A stretch of 64,000 bases of DNA, from contig CAXXFV010000003.1 in assembly GCA_963674595.2 (NCBI GenBank), forward strand, positions 96,001-160,000, read 5' to 3'. The notes under the pieces are model-generated. The model did not search any database and was not told the DNA's origin. It was given only the letters and a program-made list of their open reading frames with translations. The DNA comes from a bacterium (GTDB lineage: Bacteria; Zhuqueibacterota; Zhuqueibacteria; Residuimicrobiales; Krinioviventaceae). Positions 7,752 through 17,144 of the stretch are shown one piece after another (position 1 is the first letter of the stretch; every line of letters begins with the position of its first letter). The position numbers and the translations under genes were made by a program.

Positions 7752-10724
7752 ATGTCTAAATTATTCGACCAGCTCACAAGTGATACCACTCTAACGACTG
7801 CATGGGAAAAGGTAAGATCAAACGCCGGGGCAGCAGGTGTCGATCAGATTACTGTGAGACACTTTGAGGAAAATGTCAATGAAAAGCTGATTATCCTCAA
7901 AACCTCTCTAATCGACGGTTCATACCAGCCCTTGCCTTTAAAAACATTTCGAATTAATAAAGAGGACGGACGAAAACGTACTTTACATATTCCCACAGTT
8001 CGAGATAGGATTGTCGCTCAAGCTTTAGTGATGGTAATTCAGCCGATTTATGAAAAGATATTCCACAATTGCAGCTATGCATACAGGCCGGGATTATCTT
8101 CTAAAAAAGCATTGGATCGTGTTGAACGAAATCTAAAGCGTGGCAGGGTTTGGGTTCTTAACCTTGATATTATGGATTTTTTTGACAGTGTTAACAGAGC
8201 CCTTTTGATGAATTTGCTTGAACAGGAAATAGCAGATAAAAATATCCAGAAAATAGTCCGGTTGCTAATAGATTCATTTGAAAATGAAACCAACTCGGGG
8301 ATTGCACAAGGTCTGCCCCTCTCCCCTTTGCTATCCAATATTTATTTACACCCGTTGGATGACCGACTCGTGCGTGCACAATGGAATTACATCCGATATT
8401 CGGATAATATTTTAGTATTGGACAAAGAAGAATCACAGATAAACAAAGCATTTGATTGGATTAAAGAAGAGATGGAAAAACTGGATTTGACATGGAGCGA
8501 AGAAAAAACAGCTATTGTTCATTTAAAATCAGGCTTTTCATTCCTTGGTTTTCATTTCAATGAAAAGGGTAAACAGCCGGATAGACCTGCATTCGAAAGA
8601 CTGGACAAACGCATAGGTAGTCTGCTGGGAAAAGCTTTTCAATATACCGATGCACAAATGAAAAGCAAATTAGAGGCAATACTTCGTGGTTGGCTTAATT
8701 ACTTTGATATAAATGCAGATGATAAAAAAGAAATATTGGCTCAAGTTGATCAGAATATTCCGGGAGACGACAATGCACTTCCACGCAAAATAATCAAAGT
8801 AGTATTGGCATATCAGCTGGGAGATGAAGAAAGTGCACGGAATGAATTGAAAGCAGAAGATATTATGACTTCGCAGGATGCAAGGCTTAATTTCCAGTGG
8901 GGAATTATATGTGATATATTAGGTTTCCAAAATGAGGCAAGAGACAGCTATTTAGCAGCCTTTCGACAGGAACCAAACGATCCCGAAACAGCCTTTCAAA
9001 TAGGCTTATACTATTTAAAGCGAAACCAGCACGACCAGGCCATTCGTTATTTACAAAAATCAGTACAGTTAGATTCTGAAACTGCATTATACCAATTTAC
9101 ACTTGGCATTGCCCTAAAAAATTATTCACTGCATGGCGCTGCCGGAAAAGCTTTGAAAAAGGCATACGACCTGGAACCATCCCTCAGACATATATTAGAC
9201 AAAACTCCCAAACCAAGTGATAACGATGAGAGATACAAAAAATTTTCAGATAATGATATTGATTTATTTCTTAGACTATTCAATGGTCGGGAAGGTGTGC
9301 ATGCAATACAATGGCTTAATGATGATGGTAGAACGGGATACTCTAGTGTAAAGAACCGGATTTCTCCTTCTGACATAAAAGCCCACTGGCAGGGTGGTAT
9401 TACGCTGGGCATGTACTTGATGCGGATGGATAATACTGTCAGCCATCTTGTTTTTGATATTGATGTTACCAGACAGGCTAGGAGTTTAATTTCTGATGAG
9501 GAAAATTTGCATGAATGGCAGGAGTTTGTACTGAATGATGTGCATCTTGTCAGGTCAGTTTTAAACGATCTGGGCATTCATGCGGTGGCCGAAGACTCCG
9601 GTTACAAAGGTGCTCATTTATGGGTATTTTTTAACGAACCTCAACCTGCCCGACGTATTATTAATTTTGCGAGAAAAGTAATCCAAAAAGCAGGGCCACC
9701 ACCAACAGGACTTCACCGGGAAATATTCCCCAATCAACCTTCTGTTTCGGAAAAAGCACTAGGACCTCTCGTCAAAATTCCCATGGGTTTGCACAAGTTG
9801 ACGCAAAAGAGATGCGAATTTCTAAATGAAACAGGCCAACCGGTTAATAGTCCATTTGACTTTATAAAAAAAATAAAGGCTGTAACAACAAAAGAACTGC
9901 TTACAGCTTTCGAGAAAACCAGGTCAACTGCAAGGCTCGACAAAACCAAAATAAAAAAACAAGACAGTGAAAAGCTTGACAAAATTTTTAATGGTTGTAA
10001 CGTTCTTGCCTATTTGCAGGAAAAGGCCATAAAAGAACACCAACTATCCCACATGGACCGATTAACCTTATTGTGTGTTATCTCTTTCCTTGGCGAGGCA
10101 GGGAGGCAAAAGCTACATGAAATTATCAGTAACTCAACAAATTACGATTTCAAAATTACAGAAAGATGGTATCAACGAAAACGGGGTTATCCTGTCAGTT
10201 GTCCAAAAATTCGAATTTGGCAAAGCAACATTACCCCTGCTGTAGGCTGCTATTGTAAGTTTAAAGAAAATCCTGGAAATTATCCTTCTCCTCTACTTCA
10301 CGCAGATGAAAATTATATCAGTAAATTAAAAAAGAAAATTAACAAAGAACTGAAACAAAACAAAAGCATTAAAGATTCGCCAAAACAAAGCCAAGACTAT
10401 GCTGAGCCCAAAGCAAACAATACCGAAAAAGACAAACACGAAACGAGATCAAATGACAAAATAGTCGAGAACAATAAATCTCAATTGAATAACAAGGAGT
10501 CAAATAATGGTTCAGGAGTCCAAAAAGAAATATTAGAAGATATTGTAGAAAAATATTTAAAATTGCTGACGAAAAAGCGGAATATTGAACGACAACTTTT
10601 ACAGATTGAAGAAAAACTAGACCAAATAGCAACAGATAATGGTGGCGATACAATTGAGACCAAGATGGGAAAATTGATAAAAAAGACGGAAAACGGCAAA
10701 ACAAAATGGCTATTAGAATTATAA
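7752..10724 (+). CDS. CRISPR-associated reverse transcriptase - TPR - AEP primase-polymerase fusion (CART-CAPP type)
   Basis: RT motifs AAGVDQ, IPTVRDR, SYAYRPG, LDIMDFFD, QGLPLSP, YSDN, FLGF. TPR repeats at about aa 380-475. AEP motifs FDID, SGYKGAHLW, EIFP/VKIP. Cys-containing PriCT-like domain. Directly upstream of cas1. Confidence 0.9.
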   Translation: MSKLFDQLTSDTTLTTAWEKVRSNAGAAGVDQITVRHFEENVNEKLIILKTSLIDGSYQPLPLKTFRINKEDGRKRTLHIPTVRDRIVAQALVMVIQPIYEKIFHNCSYAYRPGLSSKKALDRVERNLKRGRVWVLNLDIMDFFDSVNRALLMNLLEQEIADKNIQKIVRLLIDSFENETNSGIAQGLPLSPLLSNIYLHPLDDRLVRAQWNYIRYSDNILVLDKEESQINKAFDWIKEEMEKLDLTWSEEKTAIVHLKSGFSFLGFHFNEKGKQPDRPAFERLDKRIGSLLGKAFQYTDAQMKSKLEAILRGWLNYFDINADDKKEILAQVDQNIPGDDNALPRKIIKVVLAYQLGDEESARNELKAEDIMTSQDARLNFQWGIICDILGFQNEARDSYLAAFRQEPNDPETAFQIGLYYLKRNQHDQAIRYLQKSVQLDSETALYQFTLGIALKNYSLHGAAGKALKKAYDLEPSLRHILDKTPKPSDNDERYKKFSDNDIDLFLRLFNGREGVHAIQWLNDDGRTGYSSVKNRISPSDIKAHWQGGITLGMYLMRMDNTVSHLVFDIDVTRQARSLISDEENLHEWQEFVLNDVHLVRSVLNDLGIHAVAEDSGYKGAHLWVFFNEPQPARRIINFARKVIQKAGPPPTGLHREIFPNQPSVSEKALGPLVKIPMGLHKLTQKRCEFLNETGQPVNSPFDFIKKIKAVTTKELLTAFEKTRSTARLDKTKIKKQDSEKLDKIFNGCNVLAYLQEKAIKEHQLSHMDRLTLLCVISFLGEAGRQKLHEIISNSTNYDFKITERWYQRKRGYPVSCPKIRIWQSNITPAVGCYCKFKENPGNYPSPLLHADENYISKLKKKINKELKQNKSIKDSPKQSQDYAEPKANNTEKDKHETRSNDKIVENNKSQLNNKESNNGSGVQKEILEDIVEKYLKLLTKKRNIERQLLQIEEKLDQIATDNGGDTIETKMGKLIKKTENGKTKWLLEL

Positions 10725-10777
10725 TAAATACCAAAATCAGCATCCAGTTCTTTTAAATGAGTTAAAGGTCAATTTTT

Positions 10778-11767
10778 ATGAGCAATCTTTATGTTACCGA
10801 GCAAAACTCTGTAATTAGACTATCATCCCGCACTTTGCAAATTACAAAGGGAAAGGAAAAGATAGCACAAGTTCCAATGATAAATGTTGACAGCATTCTC
10901 GTTTTTGGAAATCCTCAAATTACAACTCAGGCAATGGCTGTTTTATTGGAAGAGGGAATTGATGTCGCTTTTCTATCGACAAACGGGAAACTGCGTGGAC
11001 GGTTAACATCATCTGTGTCCAAAAACGTACTGTTACGAGTTGCTCAATACGAACGTCAATTGGATGATGAATTTCAGGTTAATTTGGCTCGAACGATTGT
11101 GAAGTCGAAAATCCGTAACGGGCGTAAAGTAATAAAGCGCTTTTTATACAACCATAGTAATTTTGATTTTTCCAACGAACTTTTATTAATTGAAACGACT
11201 TTAAAAAAACTGGATAACCAAAAAACGGTTAATAGTCTTATGGGTTCCGAAGGGATTGCAACCGCTGCCTATTTTAAGGCTTTTGGAAAGATGTTTTTAA
11301 AAGACTTTCGTTTTGAAACGAGAAGCCGCCGTCCTCCCAAAGATCCTGTGAACGCTTTATTAAGTTTTGGCTATACACTCCTTACTAATGAGATTTTGGC
11401 CCTGGTAACAGCGCATGGACTTGATCCGCATATTGGTTTTTTACATGGTATTGTTTATGGAAGGCCATCGCTTGCTTTGGATATCGTTGAAGAGTTCCGC
11501 CACCCTGTTATTGACAGGTTTGTGCTGAATTTATTCAATTATCGCAAGCTGAATAAAAATGATTTTGAAAAAAGTGAAAATGGAATATTATTAACAGATG
11601 AAGGAAGGAAAACATTTTTTGCTCATTATGATAAGTTACTAAAGCGTAACCTGAGCAAAGAAAAAGGCCCCATTACCTTACGGGATTTATTAAAAAGACA
11701 AGTACGTTGTATGACAGCAACAATAAAAAACAATGCTCCATATAAACCATATAAATTTCAAGCTTAA
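10778..11767 (+). CDS. cas1: CRISPR-associated endonuclease Cas1
   Basis: LYVTEQ, EGIATAAYF, RRPPKDPVNALLSFGY, GFLH and LALDIVEEFR motifs. Confidence 0.98.
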   Translation: MSNLYVTEQNSVIRLSSRTLQITKGKEKIAQVPMINVDSILVFGNPQITTQAMAVLLEEGIDVAFLSTNGKLRGRLTSSVSKNVLLRVAQYERQLDDEFQVNLARTIVKSKIRNGRKVIKRFLYNHSNFDFSNELLLIETTLKKLDNQKTVNSLMGSEGIATAAYFKAFGKMFLKDFRFETRSRRPPKDPVNALLSFGYTLLTNEILALVTAHGLDPHIGFLHGIVYGRPSLALDIVEEFRHPVIDRFVLNLFNYRKLNKNDFEKSENGILLTDEGRKTFFAHYDKLLKRNLSKEKGPITLRDLLKRQVRCMTATIKNNAPYKPYKFQA

Positions 11768-11768
11768 A

Positions 11769-12050
11769 ATGTTTGTTATTGTTTCATACGACATTGTGGA
11801 TGATAAAAACCGGACCAAGATTGCAAAAAAGATGTGCAACTACGGTTCTCGCATTCAGTATAGCGTATTTGAGTGCAATATAAATAAAACCCAATACAAA
11901 GAAATGAAAAAACAGTTAAAAAAGTTTATAGATCCGGAAAAAGACAGCATTCGATTTTTTAGACTATGTGGTGAATGTAAACGTAATGTAGAATCTTTAG
12001 GAATAAAGAAAGGGTATGTTCCAGAAAAGGATGAGGCCATTATAGTATAA
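11769..12050 (+). CDS. cas2: CRISPR-associated Cas2
   Basis: Start moved to ATG 11769 (MFVIVSYDI...RIQYSVFEC...DSIRFFRLC). Confidence 0.97.
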   Translation: MFVIVSYDIVDDKNRTKIAKKMCNYGSRIQYSVFECNINKTQYKEMKKQLKKFIDPEKDSIRFFRLCGECKRNVESLGIKKGYVPEKDEAIIV

Positions 12051-12108
12051 AGAAAAACTTGACAAAAAAGCAGAAATTTTGTATCCTTTTATTAAAATAA
12101 GTGCAATT

Positions 12109-12317
12109 TAAAAAAACCATTTACTCAAAACACCCTTAAAAAGGGGTAGTATAGAGTAAAAGCTGTAGTTTCATTAAAATAAAGGCGCTTAGGACAGTTT
12201 TTTGTTGATTTTTACCCCGAAAAATAGCTTAAAAAAAGTTCGAAAAACGTCAAATTTTCGAGAATATGGTTTTGCACAACTTAACCTATTGTTATTAAAG
12301 GGTAAATTAAGGCAGCT
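12109..12317 (+). promoter_or_regulatory. CRISPR leader of array 2
   Basis: Copy of 3127-3334 with 6 substitutions and one extra A. Confidence 0.9.
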
Positions 12318-15300
12318 GTCGAAATACTACCCAGGACTAATACTGGATTGAGACTTTGTTCAGCAATTCCATAAATCTGAATTACAAACGGTCGAAATAC
12401 TACCCAGGACTAATACTGGATTGAGACAGATGCTGCTGAGTGTACCAGCAAGAAGCCGTGAACGGTCGAAATACTACCCAGGACTAATACTGGATTGAGA
12501 CATCATAAATACAAAAAACGTAACAAAAAATTTTAAAGGTCGAAATACTACCCAGGACTAATACTGGATTGAGACATCTTCACTAAAGATCTGAATACTA
12601 CATTCACTAGGCAGTCGAAATACTACCCAGGACTAATACTGGATTGAGACGTCATTTGCAATGAATTAAAAAAAATGAAAACAGGCAAGTCGAAATACTA
12701 CCCAGGACTAATACTGGATTGAGACTTAAAACAACCAACCATGTTTTTAATGATTTCATGATGTCGAAATACTACCCAGGACTAATACTGGATTGAGACA
12801 ATACTACGATCAGTATGATAATTATTGCAACAAAAAGTCGAAATACTACCCAGGACTAATACTGGATTGAGACAAAATCGTACAGTCTTCCATCTTCAGT
12901 TCGATCAATGCGTCGAAATACTACCCAGGACTAATACTGGATTGAGACATTACAAAGCTGGCACCATTTGTCGTCTTTGAATTTAGTCGAAATACTACCC
13001 AGGACTAATACTGGATTGAGACATATATTCAGAAAATGCATTTTCTAAAGAAATACATGTCGAAATACTACCCAGGACTAATACTGGATTGAGACTTTCT
13101 GCAAATACAATTTCAAATTCATCTTTTTTAAGTCGAAATACTACCCAGGACTAATACTGGATTGAGACAACTCTTTTTACAGCTGTTTTTGTGATAACCG
13201 GCACAGGAGTCGAAATACTACCCAGGACTAATACTGGATTGAGACATTTTGGCTTCGACCATTAAGGCCTTTGTCCATTTAAAGTCGAAATACTACCCAG
13301 GACTAATACTGGATTGAGACTTACAATCACTCTTGCTATAATAAACATAACAAGTCCCCGTCGAAATACTACCCAGGACTAATACTGGATTGAGACTTTA
13401 TAAGCTTAATACGCATTGTCCTTTATGCTCCTTGTCGAAATACTACCCAGGACTAATACTGGATTGAGACTATGAACGCCACAAATGTCTAATTCATAAC
13501 CATGGTGTCGAAATACTACCCAGGACTAATACTGGATTGAGACATTTTGCGCCCTCTGTTGTCTGGTTTAATTCATATTGGTCGAAATACTACCCAGGAC
13601 TAATACTGGATTGAGACTCCTTCAGCCCATGGCCATACAACAGCCAGACTGAATGTCGAAATACTACCCAGGACTAATACTGGATTGAGACAGTTTTAAT
13701 TATTGGCTAATTTTTTAACCAATTCAATGTCGAAATACTACCCAGGACTAATACTGGATTGAGACTTATTGACTTCGAAAAATGCAAAATTCGTATCACC
13801 TGTCGAAATACTACCCAGGACTAATACTGGATTGAGACCAAAATAATATACTCAATAATATACTCAGCTTCATAACGTCGAAATACTACCCAGGACTAAT
13901 ACTGGATTGAGACAAATATCTTACCCGCCACATGGGTTTTAACCATATAGGTCGAAATACTACCCAGGACTAATACTGGATTGAGACTTTTTTTCTCTTC
14001 TATAATGATTAGAAGACGATTGGGTCGAAATACTACCCAGGACTAATACTGGATTGAGACATTTACTCACCTGCAGCCTCTTTCTCAAAGTATTCTTTGT
14101 CGAAATACTACCCAGGACTAATACTGGATTGAGACTTAAAACAACCAACCATGTTTTTAATGATTTCATGATGTCGAAATACTACCCAGGACTAATACTG
14201 GATTGAGACAATACTACGATCAGTATGATAATTATTGCAACAAAAAGTCGAAATACTACCCAGGACTAATACTGGATTGAGACAAAATCGTACAGTCTTC
14301 CATCTTCAGTTCGATCAATGCGTCGAAATACTACCCAGGACTAATACTGGATTGAGACATTACAAAGCTGGCACCATTTGTCGTCTTTGAATTTAGTCGA
14401 AATACTACCCAGGACTAATACTGGATTGAGACATATATTCAGAAAATGCATTTTCTAAAGAAATACATGTCGAAATACTACCCAGGACTAATACTGGATT
14501 GAGACTTTCTGCAAATACAATTTCAAATTCATCTTTTTTAAGTCGAAATACTACCCAGGACTAATACTGGATTGAGACAACTCTTTTTACAGCTGTTTTT
14601 GTGATAACCGGCACAGGAGTCGAAATACTACCCAGGACTAATACTGGATTGAGACATTTTGGCTTCGACCATTAAGGCCTTTGTCCATTTAAAGTCGAAA
14701 TACTACCCAGGACTAATACTGGATTGAGACTTACAATCACTCTTGCTATAATAAACATAACAAGTCCCCGTCGAAATACTACCCAGGACTAATACTGGAT
14801 TGAGACTTTATAAGCTTAATACGCATTGTCCTTTATGCTCCTTGTCGAAATACTACCCAGGACTAATACTGGATTGAGACGGTTAGTACGGTACAATTTT
14901 CTAGACAACAATTCATGAGTCGAAATACTACCCAGGACTAATACTGGATTGAGACTTATAAAATCAAATAGTGTACAAGACGCAATCCTTGGTCGAAATA
15001 CTACCCAGGACTAATACTGGATTGAGACATATAATCCGTCACTACCAATCAGCTGTGGTACATTTTGTCGAAATACTACCCAGGACTAATACTGGATTGA
15101 GACACATAGATTCCACCATAGTCATTACAAAAATCATTATTGTCGAAATACTACCCAGGACTAATACTGGATTGAGACTTTTGATACATCTGGTCAACAA
15201 TTTCTGATGGCGGAAGTCGAAATACTACCCAGGACTAATACTGGATTGAGACTCATATCTTACCTTTCTCATACCGAGCTCTCGGACAAGTCGAAATACT

Positions 15301-15843
15301 ACCCAGGACTAATACTGGATTGAGACATTACATTGGGTTCACCTATTGTTTTGGCCATAAGGCGTCGAAATACTACCCAGGACTAATACTGGATTGAGAC
15401 AAAATTGTTACTGGCGAACGTAAAAACTCAGATCCAAGTCGAAATACTACCCAGGACTAATACTGGATTGAGACGAAATTATTCCGCAAGAAGCCAGATA
15501 TTTCTAATAATGTCGAAATACTACCCAGGACTAATACTGGATTGAGACATATTCTACTACTTTTTTTATTTTTGTGTTATAAGGTCGAAATACTACCCAG
15601 GACTAATACTGGATTGAGACATAATAATCAAATTTATGAAAAAAATTAACCATTACAGTCGAAATACTACCCAGGACTAATACTGGATTGAGACTTTAAC
15701 TCCTGCTAGAGCCAGCATTATCCATTTTGCCAGTCGAAATACTACCCAGGACTAATACTGGATTGAGACTTAAAGAAAAAAGAGCGAGCGGCAATTGACG
15801 TATTTTGTCGAAATACTACCCAGGACTAATACTGGATTGAGAC
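12318..15843 (+). CRISPR. CRISPR array 2: 48 x 37-bp repeat GTCGAAATACTACCCAGGACTAATACTGGATTGAGAC, 47 spacers (37 unique)
   Basis: Counted repeats from 12318 to 15807; differs from the array 1 repeat only at position 5 (A vs G). Spacers 6-15 recur as spacers 25-34. Confidence 0.99.
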
Positions 15844-15883
15844 AATTCTTGTTATATAAGAAGCATTTTTTTACTGTTATTCG

Positions 15884-15920
15884 GTGGAAATAGACCTAAT
15901 TACCACGGAACGATTGAGAC
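15884..15920 (+). repeat. Diverged terminal CRISPR repeat of array 2, at the junction with the prophage portal gene
   Basis: GTGGAAATAGACCTAATTACCACGGAACGATTGAGAC, 37 bp, after a 40-bp spacer; 22/37 identical to the repeat, with the last 9 nt intact. Confidence 0.8.
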
Positions 15921-16631
15921 CCCTCCTTCAATCAGTAACACAAATGTCGGATCACCGATCCTGACAACAGCGTTTTTAATAGATTGCTGAATTCTTAACA
16001 ATATCTCAGCAACAAAAGGCATGGAATTAAATAGACTCACACCCTGGGGATGGCCGTCTCTTAGATCAAATGTTAAATACTGAACAAATTCCGGGTGCTC
16101 TAATATAACAGGTTTTGCAGCTTCATGAGGTATGGAAGCTAACCACAATCTACTGTCTTTCCGGATAAACCGGACCTTTGAAGCATCACCGACTTTTAGC
16201 CGGTCTACACCATTCAAACCTGCAAAAGGAACTGTCTCAAAGACACCGTACCCATTGGCCAGAGCTGAATCATAGACTTGTTGTAAACACCCGTGAAGTC
16301 CTTTGTGGAAATACCCAACCCTGATCTCTTTTTTAAAATTGTTCAAGGCTTTTAAAACATTCGGATTATCACAACGATATTCAAAATCACCGATCAATCT
16401 CCGAAGCTTTAATACAGCTACATCCAAAATAGGAATGGCTTCGCGGAGAATATTATATATCTTGAGATTGTACCGTAACGGCTCATATCCGTTTAAATAG
16501 GTCTGAAATGGGCTGTCACTTGCAGAATAAAGTTGGGATTTAACAATAACATTGTTGGATTGTTTTGGTGGGAAATATTTATTAAGATTGAATTTTGGAA
16601 GGTTCATTAACTGCCCATATATAGAATGCAC
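15900..16631 (-). pseudogene. Phage portal protein, C-terminally truncated
   Basis: YNILREAIPILDVAVLKLRRLIG and PQGVSLFNSMPFVAEILLRI resemble portal proteins; lies downstream of terL. Only about 240 aa, and the last codons (VSIVPW*) are read from the reverse complement of the terminal repeat. Confidence 0.7.
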
Positions 16632-16740
16632 TCAAACAACACGTTCTATATATAGCAGAATAGGGGTAATTAATCAATATTTTGTGGGTTATACACCCAT
16701 AGCTTGTAAAAAGGTAGTTTCTCTTGGATGGAATTGCAAT

Positions 16741-16836
16741 AAAAAAACGGACCCATGAGAGACAATGCACTATGGAAGGTAGGTTCGGGATACTCCCTAG
16801 CCTTCGGTTAGTACATGCAGTCAGAGGTCCGTTAAA
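16741..16836 (-). other. Long imperfect hairpin followed by T-tract (terminator/structured RNA, or degenerate attC)
   Basis: Minus strand AACGGACC...GAC-TGCATGTACTA..GAAGGCTAGG...CCTACCTTC..TAGTGCATTGTC...GGTCCGTTTTTTT. Confidence 0.55.
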
Positions 16837-16928
16837 GTCCCAATCCCGCTGTAGAAATCAAGTCTCTTCTTAAAATTGCCGATCTTAAAATGTCTCAATC
16901 TCGGCGGAGCGTAGCGACGCAAGGCCGC
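16837..16928 (-). repeat. Two CRISPR-repeat-like units (ending GATTGAGAC and GATTGGGAC) 55 bp apart
   Basis: Minus strand GCGGCCTTGCGTCGCTACGCTCCGCCGAGATTGAGAC (16928-16892) and TTAAGAAGAGACTTGATTTCTACAGCGGGATTGGGAC (16873-16837); the second is 23/37 identical to the repeat at 15884. Confidence 0.5.
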
Positions 16929-17002
16929 TTATAATAAGAAATTGCTAATACTTCTCTATTATCTTGGCATTATTCATCAACAACTCCTGAATCTATATTT
17001 CC

Positions 17003-17133
17003 GCCTAACGTTTAGTGTAACCTGTCCGGCGAGAATAATGCAGCCAGCCGGAAAAAGGACAGGTAACACAATTATTGAAACATTTTAAATAACGTACCGG
17101 CGCAAGCCGGTCAGGTTGACACGTATGTTATGT
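17003..17133 (-). other. attC site (131 bp)
   Basis: Minus strand R'' ACATAAC ... R' GTTAGGC; arms AACGTTTAGTGTAACCTGTCCGGC / GCCGGTCAGGTTGACACGTATGTT pair with extrahelical bases. Confidence 0.85.
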
Positions 17134-17144
17134 GATTTATGTAG

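Noticed and set aside
7752-8700. RT as a group II intron, retron or DGR
   Set aside because: It is fused to TPR-AEP and sits in the cas operon. I saw no intron domain V/VI, msr/msd or TR/VR repeat pair.
13960-15207. ORFs 13960..14169 (-) and 14971..15207 (+)
   Set aside because: They are translations of CRISPR repeats and spacers (VEILPRTNTGLR recurs).
10778-16873. Casposon
   Set aside because: Cas1 is a normal CRISPR Cas1 paired with cas2, there is no family B polymerase, and no TIR pair with target duplication was found.
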